Made by a program: the position numbers and the translations under genes
Origin: Blastocatellia bacterium
GTDB taxonomy: Bacteria; Acidobacteriota; Blastocatellia; UBA7656
Length of the DNA stretch: 64,000 bases
Assembly: GCA_036277095.1 (NCBI GenBank)
Contig: DASUNP010000110.1
Span: 5,444 to 69,443 of the forward strand
Direction of reading: 5' to 3'
In this document: positions 17,621 through 27,648 of the stretch, one piece after another
How the letters are laid out: the number at the start of each line of letters is the position of its first letter
Numbering within the stretch: the stretch's first letter is position 1
Notes under the pieces: model-generated
What the model was told of the DNA's origin: nothing
The model's database searches: none
What the model saw: only the letters and a program-made list of their open reading frames with translations

Positions 17621-20038
17621 ATGGACACGCTCATAAGAGATTTGCGATACGCGGTTCGTATGCTGGCAAAAAAGCCTGCCTTCACGGTCGTGGCGGTGCT
17701 GGCGCTGGCTTTGGGGATAGGAGCCAACACGGCGATCTTCAGCGTAGTCAATGCCGTGCTGCTGCGCCCGCTTCCCTATAGCGAGCCGGATCGGATCGTA
17801 AAGGTGTGGGAAGTCTTTCCGAACGTAAACCTCCGGGCCGATAAAGCGAGTGTCGCGCCCGCCAACTTCATCGACTGGGCTAATCAGAATCAGGTCTTTG
17901 AACAGATCGCAGCTTATAGCGGCGCGCGCGCGGGATTCAATTTCACAGAGGGCGGCCAGTCCGAACATATACAGGGCGCGCGCGTCTCGGCCAGCCTGTT
18001 CCCGCTCCTGGGCGTTCAGCCGATCCTGGGTCGCTTCTTCACAGAGGATGAGGACCGGCAGGGTAATCACCGGGTTATTGTCTTAAGCCAGGGGTTCTGG
18101 CAGCGCAGGTTTGGTTCAGACCACGACATCCTCGGCAGGACGCTCATTCTCAACCTCCGCAGCTACACTGTGATCGGGGTTATGCCTGCCTCCTTTGACG
18201 TGCCGCGCTCGGTCGACTTTTGGGTCCCGATGGCTTTCGACGCCGAAGAGGCGAAGACGCGCGATTTCCATTATCTCAGCGTGATAGCTCGCCTCAAGCC
18301 GAACGTCACGGTCGAGCAGGCGCGCGCCGAGATGATAGTGGTCGCTAGCCGCCTGGAACAGGAGCACCCGGTAACCAATGCCAATTACGGTGTGCAACTC
18401 AATCTGTTGCGCGAGCACCTGGTCGGCCCGGTTCGGCCCGCGCTGCTCACCCTGCTCGGCGCAGTCGGGCTGGTCCTGCTAATCGCCTGTGCAAACATAG
18501 CCAACCTATTGTTGGCCCGCGCGGCAGCCCGGCAAAAAGAGATCGCCATTCGTCAGGCTCTTGGCGCAAGCCGTCTCCGGCTGATTAAGCAGATGCTGAC
18601 AGAGAGCCTGCTTTTGTCTCTGCTGGGCGGCGTCATCGGCGCGATAATCGCTTTGTGGGGGACAGACCTTCTCGCCAGCCTTAGCCCGGAAAATATCTCG
18701 GGCCTCGGTCAAATCAAAAACGATGCTCGCGTGTTCGGCTTCACCCTGGCAATCTCGCTGCTGACGGGCGTCATCTTTGGCCTCGCGCCCGCCCTCCAAG
18801 CCACGAAGCCGCGTCTGAGCGAGATGCTCAAAGAAGGCGGACGCTCTGTGGGCGGCTCGGCCCGCAGCCGCACGCGGAGGCTGCTGGTCGTTTCGGAAGT
18901 GGCGTTGTCGCTCGTGCTGCTGGTAGGGGCGGGGTTGATGATAAAAAGTTTCATGCAACTTCAAAGCGTCGCCCCCGGATTCGATTCCAATAACCTGCTG
19001 ACGGTCAAGCTCTCCCCAACTATTTCCAAGTTTCGCAACCAGGGTGAAGGCATCGCTTTCTACCAGAAGGTCATCAATCAAGTCGAGTCGCTGCCCGGTG
19101 TCGTTTCGGCAGCCGCGGTCACTCACCTTCCTCTCAGCAATGATAACCTGAGCCTCACGTTCACAATCGATGGGCGGCCTGCGCCGGCTCCAGGTGAAGT
19201 GCTTTCCGCCGAGGCTCGCGCAATCAGCCCCAATTATTTTCAGACCATGTCGATCCCCTTTTTAAGCGGACGTGATTTTACGGATCGAGATAATGCTCAA
19301 GCCGCGCCCGCGATCATAATCAACGCAAAGATGGCCGACACGTTCTGGCCCGGCGAGGACCCTGTGGGTAAGCGCCTGTTTATGGACAACGAAAAGACTT
19401 CGCGCGAGATCGTGGGCGTTGTGGGGGATGTGAAGCATTGGGGGCTTGAGGAAGAATCGAGACCCGAGATGTACTGGCCGCTTTATCAAAACCCTGTCGT
19501 ATTCATGTCAGTCGTGATTCGCTCGACTTCGGATGCCGCCGGTCTGGCTGCCGCCGTGAGAAGCGAAGTCGAAGCGATCGACAAAGATCAGCCCGTCTAC
19601 AACACCAGGACCATGGAGCAGTTGCTTTCCCGCTCCGTGGCTACTCGGCGCTTTACCGTGCTCTTACTCGCCGTCTTCGCAGCTGTGGCACTGGTCCTGG
19701 CAGGCGGCGGAATATACGGCGTCATATCTTATTCGGTCTCTCAGCGGACGCGCGAGATAGGTATTCGCATGGCGCTCGGCGCGAGGTCGCAAGACGTTCT
19801 CGAAATTGTAGTGGGCGAGGGGTTAAAGCTCGCCGCCGTTGGCGTGGCGATAGGGCTTGCCGGGTCGTTAGCGTTAACCCGCTTGCTGTCAAGCATGCTT
19901 TATGGTGTGAGCACGACCGACTCTCAAACTTTTATAGGCGTCTCGCTGCTGCTTACGTTTGTGTCTTTGCTTGCGAGCTACATCCCCGCGCGCCGCGCAA
20001 CGAGAGTCGATCCGTTAGTCGCGCTCAGGTACGAATGA
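17621..20038 (+). CDS. ADOP-type duplicated permease
   Basis: MDTLIRDLRYAVRMLAKKPAFT ... [31 protein letters not shown] ... [16 protein letters not shown] ... VDPLVALRYE. ATG at 17621 preceded by AAGGACA. ORF-track start 17510 lies inside the previous gene and junction. Confidence 0.9.
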   Translation: MDTLIRDLRYAVRMLAKKPAFTVVAVLALALGIGANTAIFSVVNAVLLRPLPYSEPDRIVKVWEVFPNVNLRADKASVAPANFIDWANQNQVFEQIAAYSGARAGFNFTEGGQSEHIQGARVSASLFPLLGVQPILGRFFTEDEDRQGNHRVIVLSQGFWQRRFGSDHDILGRTLILNLRSYTVIGVMPASFDVPRSVDFWVPMAFDAEEAKTRDFHYLSVIARLKPNVTVEQARAEMIVVASRLEQEHPVTNANYGVQLNLLREHLVGPVRPALLTLLGAVGLVLLIACANIANLLLARAAARQKEIAIRQALGASRLRLIKQMLTESLLLSLLGGVIGAIIALWGTDLLASLSPENISGLGQIKNDARVFGFTLAISLLTGVIFGLAPALQATKPRLSEMLKEGGRSVGGSARSRTRRLLVVSEVALSLVLLVGAGLMIKSFMQLQSVAPGFDSNNLLTVKLSPTISKFRNQGEGIAFYQKVINQVESLPGVVSAAAVTHLPLSNDNLSLTFTIDGRPAPAPGEVLSAEARAISPNYFQTMSIPFLSGRDFTDRDNAQAAPAIIINAKMADTFWPGEDPVGKRLFMDNEKTSREIVGVVGDVKHWGLEEESRPEMYWPLYQNPVVFMSVVIRSTSDAAGLAAAVRSEVEAIDKDQPVYNTRTMEQLLSRSVATRRFTVLLLAVFAAVALVLAGGGIYGVISYSVSQRTREIGIRMALGARSQDVLEIVVGEGLKLAAVGVAIGLAGSLALTRLLSSMLYGVSTTDSQTFIGVSLLLTFVSLLASYIPARRATRVDPLVALRYE

Positions 20039-20170
20039 CAGGGATCAGGGGTCAGGGGTCGGGGGTCAGGGTTTTGTAATTTCAATGGCGGATGATGCGC
20101 TTATGCGCGCCGCGATTTCAAATCCTTACCCCTGACCCCTGGCCCCCGACCCTCGACCCCTGGAGGGATT
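20039..20170 (+). repeat. Type-A junction element (second copy)
   Basis: cagggat|caggggt|caggggt|cgggggt|cagggtt ... tccttac|ccctgac|ccctggc|ccccgac|cctcgac|ccctgga|gggattATG. Shares the central block atggcggatgatgcgctt..gcgcgcgccgcgatt with the 5415 copy. Confidence 0.8.
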
Positions 20171-22627
20171 ATGAATACGCTCTTGAGAGATTTGCGATAC
20201 GCGGTTCGTATGCTGGCAAAGAGGCCTGCCTTCACGGTCGTGGCTGTGCTGGCGCTGGCTTTGGGGATAGGAGCCAACACGGCGATCTTCAGCGTAGTCA
20301 ATGCCGTGCTGCTGCGCCCTATGCCGTACGAGAACCCGGACCAGCTAATTATGCTCTGGGAGACTAACCCGAGGCTTCAGCTCGGGTTCGATGAGGTTTC
20401 AGTCGCGCCCGCTAACTATGTCGACTGGAAAAACCAGAATAGCGTGTTCGAACAGCTCGCGGCTTTCTGGCCCAGCACCTATAACATCACCGATGCAGGC
20501 CAGCCCGAAAGGCTCGAAGGCGTAGAAGTCTCGTCAGATCTATTCTCCTTGCTGGGCGTTCAGGCGGCTCGCGGTCGGACTTTTTCCAAAGGTGAGGATG
20601 AGCTGGGTAATCACCGTGTCGTCGTCGTAAGCCACGGCCTCTGGCAGCGGCGCTTCGCATCAGACCCCGAACTCATAAATAGAACGATCAAGCTTAACGG
20701 CGAAGAGTTCACCGTCGTCGGCGTCATGCCCGAAGGCTTCCAGTTCCCGCGCAGGACCGAGCTGCCCGCACAGTATCGGTTCTTCCCCCCTCAGCCGGAG
20801 CTATGGACCCCGCTTGCCTTCACTCCCGCCCGCATACAGAATCGCGGCACTCACAACATTGCCGTCATGGGCAGGCTTAAATCGGGTGTCACGATAGATC
20901 AAGCGCGAGCCGAAATGAGTTCTATCGCAAGCCACCTCGCGGAGCAGTATCCCAGGACTAATCGCGGCTTCGACGTGCTGCTCACGCCCTTGCACGATCA
21001 GGCCGTGGGGCGCGTGAAACCTGCGCTCCTGATTCTGTTCTCTGCCGTCGGGCTTGTATTGATGATCGCCTGCGCGAACGTCGCGAATCTTCTGCTCGCG
21101 CGCGCGGCGACCAGAAAGAAAGAAGTCGCTATACGCACGGCCCTCGGAGCGGGACGGCGGCGGCTCGTCCGGCAGTTCTTGACCGAAAGCGTGTTGCTCG
21201 CTTTTGTAAGCGGAATACTCGGTTTGCTGCTGGCTCTGTGGGGCATAGATATTCTTTTGGCGCTCGCGCCCGAAAACCTCCCGCGCCTGCACGAGGTAAG
21301 CCTGGACATTTATGTGCTCGGCTTTACCCTGCTGGTTTCGCTCGTCGTGGGGGTGGCCTTCGGACTGGCTCCGGCCTATCAGGCTTCAAAGCCCGACCTC
21401 ACCGAAGCGCTCAAAGAAGGAGCGAGGGGCTCGGCCGTAAGCATCGTCCGCAACCGCACCCGCAGCCTTCTGGTGGTTGCTGAGATTGCGCTGTCGCTTG
21501 TGTTGCTCGTTGGCGCGGGGCTGTTGATAAAGAGCTTCATCAAGCTCCAGCAGGTCGATCCCGGTTTCAATCCCGAGCGGGTCTTTACGATCGACATAGC
21601 GCTGCCTGACGCGACTTATCCTGAAGCCGATCGCCAGCTAGCCTTCTTCGATCAAGCCCTCGATAAAATCGCTGCTTTGCCCGGCGTCGAGTCTGCGGCC
21701 ATCAGCACGAGCATACCCTTCAGCGGGTCAGAAAACAGCACCAGCTTTTCCGTCGAGGGGAGCCCGCCCGCCGATCAGATCCCCCAGGCCGATTACGCGA
21801 TGATAGGGCCGGGATTCTTCAACACGATGGGCATCCCCTTCGTGCGCGGGCGCGATTTTACAGAGCGCGATAACAGAGAGGCCCCGCAGGTTGTTATCGT
21901 TAGCAAGAGCCTGGCCGAGCAATTCTTCCCGGGCGCGGACGCAATCGGGAAACGGTTAAATATTTCGCTTAGCTCTGAGGGGCCGAGGCCGAGTGAGATC
22001 GTCGGGATAGTCGGAGACGTGAAGTATTCTGCGTTGAACGCCGAGCAAATACCTGCGCTCTACCTGCCGCACAAACAATTCCCCGGCGGCTTTGTATACG
22101 TGGTCGTGCGTTCTGCTTCCGACCCGTCGAGCCTCGCCGCTAGCGTTCGCGGCGAAGTCTGGACAATCGATAAAAACTTGCCGGTCTCTTCCTTACAGAC
22201 GATGGAGCAATTAATCGCCACTTCGGTCGCGTCACAGCGATTCAACATGCTGCTGCTTGTAATATTCGCAGCCGTGGCGCTGGTCCTGGCGGCCGTCGGA
22301 ATCTACGGCGTGATGAGTTATTCAGTCACACAACGCACTCACGAGATAGGCATACGCATGGCTCTAGGCGCGCAGGCCGTAGACGTGTTGGCGCTGGTTG
22401 TGAGGCAAGGGATGGGGCTCGCATTCGCGGGCGTCGGCGTGGGACTCTGCGCGGCGTTTGTTTTGACGCGGTTCATGCAGAGCTTGCTTTTCGGAGTAGC
22501 TGCCACAGACGCAGCTACATTTATTCTCATCTCGTTGCTGCTGACCGCGGTGGCCATAATGGCGAGTTATTTCCCCGCGCGCCGTGCAACGAGAGTCGAT
22601 CCGTTAGTCGCGCTCAGGTACGAATGA
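20171..22627 (+). CDS. ADOP-type duplicated permease
   Basis: 818 aa. MNTLLRDLRYAVRMLAKRPAFT ... [31 protein letters not shown] ... [16 protein letters not shown] ... VDPLVALRYE. SD GGAGGG upstream. The first ~150 nt are ~94% identical to the 5-prime end of the 17621 paralog. Confidence 0.9.
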   Translation: MNTLLRDLRYAVRMLAKRPAFTVVAVLALALGIGANTAIFSVVNAVLLRPMPYENPDQLIMLWETNPRLQLGFDEVSVAPANYVDWKNQNSVFEQLAAFWPSTYNITDAGQPERLEGVEVSSDLFSLLGVQAARGRTFSKGEDELGNHRVVVVSHGLWQRRFASDPELINRTIKLNGEEFTVVGVMPEGFQFPRRTELPAQYRFFPPQPELWTPLAFTPARIQNRGTHNIAVMGRLKSGVTIDQARAEMSSIASHLAEQYPRTNRGFDVLLTPLHDQAVGRVKPALLILFSAVGLVLMIACANVANLLLARAATRKKEVAIRTALGAGRRRLVRQFLTESVLLAFVSGILGLLLALWGIDILLALAPENLPRLHEVSLDIYVLGFTLLVSLVVGVAFGLAPAYQASKPDLTEALKEGARGSAVSIVRNRTRSLLVVAEIALSLVLLVGAGLLIKSFIKLQQVDPGFNPERVFTIDIALPDATYPEADRQLAFFDQALDKIAALPGVESAAISTSIPFSGSENSTSFSVEGSPPADQIPQADYAMIGPGFFNTMGIPFVRGRDFTERDNREAPQVVIVSKSLAEQFFPGADAIGKRLNISLSSEGPRPSEIVGIVGDVKYSALNAEQIPALYLPHKQFPGGFVYVVVRSASDPSSLAASVRGEVWTIDKNLPVSSLQTMEQLIATSVASQRFNMLLLVIFAAVALVLAAVGIYGVMSYSVTQRTHEIGIRMALGAQAVDVLALVVRQGMGLAFAGVGVGLCAAFVLTRFMQSLLFGVAATDAATFILISLLLTAVAIMASYFPARRATRVDPLVALRYE

Positions 22628-22640
22628 CAAAGGACAAATT

Positions 22641-25061
22641 ATGGATACGCTCTTGAGAGATTTGCGATACGCGATTCGTATGCTGGCAAAAAGGCCGGGC
22701 TTTACTGTCATTGCCGTGCTGACGCTCGCAATAGGGATAGGCGCGACGACGGCCATCTTCAGCGTAGTCAATGCCGTGCTGCTGCGCCCGCTCGATTACA
22801 AAGAGCCGGACCGGTTGCTGACGGTCTGGGAGAATCACGAGGCGCGCGAGGGGCCGAAGAATGAATGGACTTCGCCTCCTAATTTCGGCGACTGGAGAGA
22901 TCAGAATAATGTCCTTGAGGGCCTGGCCGCGCTGCAAGGTTGGGGGCCGACGCTCACGGGCGGGGCCGAGCCTGAGATGTTGAACGGCGCTGCTGTCTCT
23001 CACGACATGTTTCAGGTCTTGGGCGTCGAGCCTGCAATGGGGCGCAGCTTCCGTGCAGAAGAAGACCGCGCGGGCGCCGAGCGCGTCGTCATACTCGGCC
23101 ACGGGGTATGGAAACGAAGGTTCGGCGGCGATGAAGCTATACTCACTCGACCCATCACGCTAAACGGCGAAGCCTACACGGTCGTGGGCGTAATGCCCGA
23201 AGGGTTTCGCTTCCCCATCATCTCAAACGCCGAAGCATTCGTGCCGTTGATGCAGATCGTAAACAGCACCTGCGACCGGGGCTGCTACACGCTGAGGACA
23301 ATCGGCAGGCTCAAACAGGGAATCACGGTCGAACAGGCGCGCGCAGACATGGGCGCGCTCGCCGCAGGGCTTGCGGAGAAGCACCCTGATGTAAACATAG
23401 ATGTGGGGATCACGCTCGTCCCGTTGCACGAGCAGGTCGTAGGCTCCGTTAAGCCCATGCTGCTCGTGCTGCTGGGAGCCGTAGGCTTTGTATTGCTGAT
23501 CGCCTGCGCGAACGTGGCGAATCTGATGCTTGCGCGCGCGGCCACGCGGGCCAAAGAGATAGCCATTCGGACGGCGCTCGGCGCGAGCCGCGCCCGGCTG
23601 ATCCGCCAGCTTTTGACTGAGAGCTTGATACTTTCTTTGATTGCAGGCGCGCTCGGTTTGCTGCTCGCGTTCTGGCTCGTCGACGTGATGATTGCTTTCA
23701 GCCCCACAGGCACTCCGCGCATCGACGAAGTAGCGATAGACAAAACCGTGCTCGTCTTCACGCTCATAGTCGCCGTAGCCACGGGTCTTATCTTCGGACT
23801 CGTCCCGGCGCTTGAAACCACCAGGCCCGACTTCGGCCAGTCGCTCAAAGAGGGCAAGGGGACGGACGCGGCTTCGGGCGGGAAGGCAGTCCGCAACACG
23901 CTTGTCGTGGTGGAAGTCGCGCTCGCCTTGATGTTGCTGATAGGAGCGGGGCTCTTGATAAAGAGCTTTGCAAAGCTCTTGAACGTCGACCCGGGTTTCA
24001 ACCCTTCAAACGTGTTGACGCTCCAGCTCAACTTGCCGCGCACGAGATACCCCGAAGGCCAGCACGTCGCGGCCTTTTACGCGGACCTCATCGGTCGCGT
24101 AAAGAATTTGCCCGGGGTCGAATCGGTCGCCGCCGCTTCGTCGCTGCCGCTCGGCGGGCCGAACACGGACGCCAGCTTCTTTGTAGAAGGCCGCCCCGCC
24201 CCATCGCCCGGAGAGGAGCCCGCAGCGTGGTACTCGCTTGTGACTGCCGATTACTTCCGAACGATGGGCATGCGTATGGTGAGCGGCCGCGCGTTCGACG
24301 AGCGAGACCATACAAAATCTCCTCAGGTGATCGTCATCAACGAGACTATGGCCCGCCGCTACTGGCCGGGCGAAGACCCTGTCGGCAAGCGTGTGATAAC
24401 GGGCAGCATAAACAACCCGAACCGGCGCGAGGTCGTCGGCGTGATCGCGGACGTGAAGCATTTCGGTATAGACGCAGACGCGCGACCGACTATGTATTTC
24501 TCTCACGCGCAGATCCCTGCGCGACTGATGACCCTCACGGTGCGCACGAATGCTGAGCCGACCTCGCTTGCCACGGCCGTCCGCAGCCAGGTCTCGGACA
24601 TAGATAAAGAGTTGGCCGTTTCAAACATCAGCAGCATGCAAGAGCGGGTTGCGACCTCGATCGCGCCCTCAAGGCTGATTATGCTGTTGCTCGGTCTATT
24701 CGCCGGGCTGGCCCTTTTGCTTGCGGCCGTCGGCATCTACAGCGTCATCGCCTACGGCGTCACACAGCGCACGCGCGAGATAGGCATTCGCATGGCTTTA
24801 GGCGCGCAGGCCGTAGACGTGCTCAAGCTCATCGTGGGGCAGGGAATGACGCTCGCGCTCATAGGAGTGGCGATCGGGCTAGGGCTGGCCGTAGCGCTCA
24901 CCAGATTCATGCAGGGCTTGCTTTATGAAGTAGACGCCTTCGACCCCGTGACGTTCGCGGCGATCTCGCTGCTGCTTGTAGGCGTCGCGTTGCTTGCTTG
25001 CTACATCCCTGCGCGGCGCGCGGCAAAAGTCGACCCGATGGTCGCGCTCAGATACGAATGA
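22641..25061 (+). CDS. ADOP-type duplicated permease
   Basis: 806 aa. MDTLLRDLRYAIRMLAKRPGFT ... [31 protein letters not shown] ... [16 protein letters not shown] ... [17 protein letters not shown] upstream. Confidence 0.9.
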   Translation: MDTLLRDLRYAIRMLAKRPGFTVIAVLTLAIGIGATTAIFSVVNAVLLRPLDYKEPDRLLTVWENHEAREGPKNEWTSPPNFGDWRDQNNVLEGLAALQGWGPTLTGGAEPEMLNGAAVSHDMFQVLGVEPAMGRSFRAEEDRAGAERVVILGHGVWKRRFGGDEAILTRPITLNGEAYTVVGVMPEGFRFPIISNAEAFVPLMQIVNSTCDRGCYTLRTIGRLKQGITVEQARADMGALAAGLAEKHPDVNIDVGITLVPLHEQVVGSVKPMLLVLLGAVGFVLLIACANVANLMLARAATRAKEIAIRTALGASRARLIRQLLTESLILSLIAGALGLLLAFWLVDVMIAFSPTGTPRIDEVAIDKTVLVFTLIVAVATGLIFGLVPALETTRPDFGQSLKEGKGTDAASGGKAVRNTLVVVEVALALMLLIGAGLLIKSFAKLLNVDPGFNPSNVLTLQLNLPRTRYPEGQHVAAFYADLIGRVKNLPGVESVAAASSLPLGGPNTDASFFVEGRPAPSPGEEPAAWYSLVTADYFRTMGMRMVSGRAFDERDHTKSPQVIVINETMARRYWPGEDPVGKRVITGSINNPNRREVVGVIADVKHFGIDADARPTMYFSHAQIPARLMTLTVRTNAEPTSLATAVRSQVSDIDKELAVSNISSMQERVATSIAPSRLIMLLLGLFAGLALLLAAVGIYSVIAYGVTQRTREIGIRMALGAQAVDVLKLIVGQGMTLALIGVAIGLGLAVALTRFMQGLLYEVDAFDPVTFAAISLLLVGVALLACYIPARRAAKVDPMVALRYE

Positions 25062-25171
25062 CAGGGATCAGGGGTCAGGGGTCAGGGTTTTGTAATTTCA
25101 AATTTCAGATTTGAGATTTCAAATCCTTACCCTTGACCCCTGGCCCCCGACCCCCGACCCCTGGAGGGATT
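25062..25171 (+). repeat. Type-A junction element (third copy; AT-rich heptamer core instead of the GC-rich central block)
   Basis: cagggat|caggggt|caggggt|cagggtt|ttgtaat|ttcaaat|ttcagat|ttgagat|ttcaaat|ccttacc|cttgacc|cctggcc|cccgacc|cccgacc|cctggag|ggattATG. Confidence 0.8.
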
Positions 25172-27607
25172 ATGAATACGCTCTTGAGAGATTTGCGATA
25201 CGCGGTTCGTATGCTGGCAAAAAGGCCGGGCTTTACTGTCATTGCCGTGCTGACGCTCGCAATAGGGATAGGCGCGACGACGGCCATCTTCAGCGTAGTC
25301 AATGCGGTGCTGCTTCGCCCCCTGCCGTACAAGGAGCCGGATCGCCTGGTCCAGTTCTGGGAGACGAATCCGCTTAAAGGCTGGACTGAGAATGTGGTCG
25401 CGCCCGCCAACTACCTCGACTGGCAAAGCCGCAGTGAGTCGTTCGAGTTGATGTCTGCTTACTTCGGCTCACAGACCAGGGATGTCGGCGTGTCTAACTT
25501 CTATCTCACGGGCGACGGCGAGCCTGAGCGGCTACAGGGGCTGGGCGTGACGGGCGAATTCTTCTCCGTCTTAGGCGTTGAGCCTTTGCACGGGCGAGGA
25601 TTCCGACCCGAAGAGTCATGGTCGGGCAACGATGTGGTCGTCTTGAGCCACGGTTTGTGGCAGCGCCGGTTCGGGGGCGACCCGAACATAGTGGGCCAGA
25701 CCATCTCGCTCAACGGCCGCGCGCAGACCGTGGTAGGCATCATGCCCGAATCGTTCTATTTCCCGACTAAAGATATAGAGCTGTGGTCGCCGCTTGGGAT
25801 GACGCGCGAGCAGATGATGCAGTTGCGCAGGCCGCACTTTCTGCGTGCAATCGCGCGGCTAAAGCCGGGCGTCTCGCTTGAGCAGGCGCAGGCGGAGATG
25901 ACCAGAATCGCAAGCGACCTGGAACAGCAATACCCGGACACCAACACGCAGATGGGCGTGGGGCTGGGAACGCAGCAGGAATGGTACGTCGAAAAGACTC
26001 GCCCGATGCTGCTCATCTTTATTGCCGCCGTAGGCTTTGTATTGCTGATCGCATGTGTGAACGTGGCTAATCTGATGCTTGCGCGGGCAGCTACGAGGGC
26101 CAAAGAGATAGCCATTCGGACGGCGCTCGGCGCAACCCGTATGCGCATCGTCCGTCAACTGCTGACCGAAAGTTTGCTGCTCGCCGTCACAGGCGGCTCG
26201 CTCGGATTACTGCTCGCCGTGTGGGCGCGCGATTTGCTGCTGGCTTTCAGCCCCGGCAACATCTATCGCTTCGACGAGACCAGCCTCGACCTGCGCGCAA
26301 TCGGATTCACGTTCGGGGTCACGCTGTTGACCTCCTTGATGTTCGGCCTCTTCCCGGCGCTCAGAATATCAAAGCCTGATTTGACCGCGACGCTCAAGGA
26401 AGGCCAGAAGGGCGCGGGCGGATCACGCGGCGTCGGCCCGCTCAAGCTGCTGGTCGTCGCAGAGATCGCCCTGTCGCTCGTGCCGGTGATCGGCGCGGGA
26501 CTTTTGATAAAGAGTTTCTTACGACTTCAAGAGGTCGATCCGGGCGTAGACCCGAACAATGTCTTGACCTTCAAAGTCTCGCTGCCCGGCATTCGTTATA
26601 AAGAGGACGACCAATACGTGCGCTTCTTTCGCCAGCTCGATGAGCGCATCAGGGCGCTGCCCGGCGTCGAAGATGTCGGGGCGTCTACGGCCATAGCGTT
26701 TAAGACTTATAACTGGACGGGCGATTTGACGGTCGAAGGCCGAGACCCCGAACACTACTTCCGCGAGGTGCGCCACAAGGAGATCACTCCGAGCTATTTC
26801 CGCACGATGCGACTCCACCTGGAAGCCGGTCGAGAGTTCACCGAAGCGGACAACACGAACAGCCCCGCCGTCGTAGTAGTCAACCAGGCGCTGGCCGATC
26901 AGTATTTCCCCGGCGAAGAAGTGCTCGGACGCCGAGTCAAGTTCTCAAAGCCGACCATAGACGGCACCTGGCACACGATCGTGGGCATAGTAGAGGGCGA
27001 AAAGCAGGACGGCTTAGATGCGGCGATCAAGCCCGATATATATCAATCTTACTTGCAAAACCCTGTGCCGCAGATGACCTTCGTCGTGCGGACCTCTAAC
27101 GATCCCAACAGCCTTATCGGGGCCGTGCGCGGCGAGATACGCGCGCTCGATAAAGACCTGCCCGCTTTTGACATCGAGACTATGCAGCAGATCGTAACCG
27201 AGTCGCTCGCCCAGAAGCGTTTCACGATGTTGCTGCTCGCCATATTCGGCTCCGTCGCTCTGTTGCTCGCGGCAGTAGGCATCTACGGCGTGATGAGCTA
27301 TTCAGTCACGGAACGCACGCACGAGATAGGCGTGCGCATGGCGCTGGGCGCTGCAAAGCGTGACGTGCTCAAGCTCGTAGTAGGCCAGGCGGCAGTGCTG
27401 GCGATGATAGGCGTAGGCTGCGGGTTGGTCGCGTCATTTCTGTTGATGCGATTGATGGAGAGCCTGTTGTTCAAAGTCAGCACAACCGACCCGCCCACTT
27501 TCTTAATCGTCTCAGTAGTGCTGACCGCAGTCGCGCTCGTAGCGAGCTACTTGCCGGCGCGTCGCGCTACGAGAGTAGATCCGATGATCGCGCTCAGATA
27601 TGAATGA
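25172..27607 (+). CDS. ADOP-type duplicated permease
   Basis: MNTLLRDLRYAVRMLAKRPGFT ... LLIACVNVANLMLARAATRAKEIAIRTALGA ... [16 protein letters not shown] ... [13 protein letters not shown] 25172 preceded by GGAGGG. The first ~145 nt are nearly identical to the 22641 paralog. Confidence 0.9.
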   Translation: MNTLLRDLRYAVRMLAKRPGFTVIAVLTLAIGIGATTAIFSVVNAVLLRPLPYKEPDRLVQFWETNPLKGWTENVVAPANYLDWQSRSESFELMSAYFGSQTRDVGVSNFYLTGDGEPERLQGLGVTGEFFSVLGVEPLHGRGFRPEESWSGNDVVVLSHGLWQRRFGGDPNIVGQTISLNGRAQTVVGIMPESFYFPTKDIELWSPLGMTREQMMQLRRPHFLRAIARLKPGVSLEQAQAEMTRIASDLEQQYPDTNTQMGVGLGTQQEWYVEKTRPMLLIFIAAVGFVLLIACVNVANLMLARAATRAKEIAIRTALGATRMRIVRQLLTESLLLAVTGGSLGLLLAVWARDLLLAFSPGNIYRFDETSLDLRAIGFTFGVTLLTSLMFGLFPALRISKPDLTATLKEGQKGAGGSRGVGPLKLLVVAEIALSLVPVIGAGLLIKSFLRLQEVDPGVDPNNVLTFKVSLPGIRYKEDDQYVRFFRQLDERIRALPGVEDVGASTAIAFKTYNWTGDLTVEGRDPEHYFREVRHKEITPSYFRTMRLHLEAGREFTEADNTNSPAVVVVNQALADQYFPGEEVLGRRVKFSKPTIDGTWHTIVGIVEGEKQDGLDAAIKPDIYQSYLQNPVPQMTFVVRTSNDPNSLIGAVRGEIRALDKDLPAFDIETMQQIVTESLAQKRFTMLLLAIFGSVALLLAAVGIYGVMSYSVTERTHEIGVRMALGAAKRDVLKLVVGQAAVLAMIGVGCGLVASFLLMRLMESLLFKVSTTDPPTFLIVSVVLTAVALVASYLPARRATRVDPMIALRYE

Positions 27608-27648
27608 TTTCAAATATCAAATTTGAAATCTCAAATTGAGGGAAGCCG
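27608..27648 (+). repeat. AT-rich heptamer junction
   Basis: tttcaaa|tatcaaa|tttgaaa|tctcaaa|ttgaggg|aagccgATG. Confidence 0.7.
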
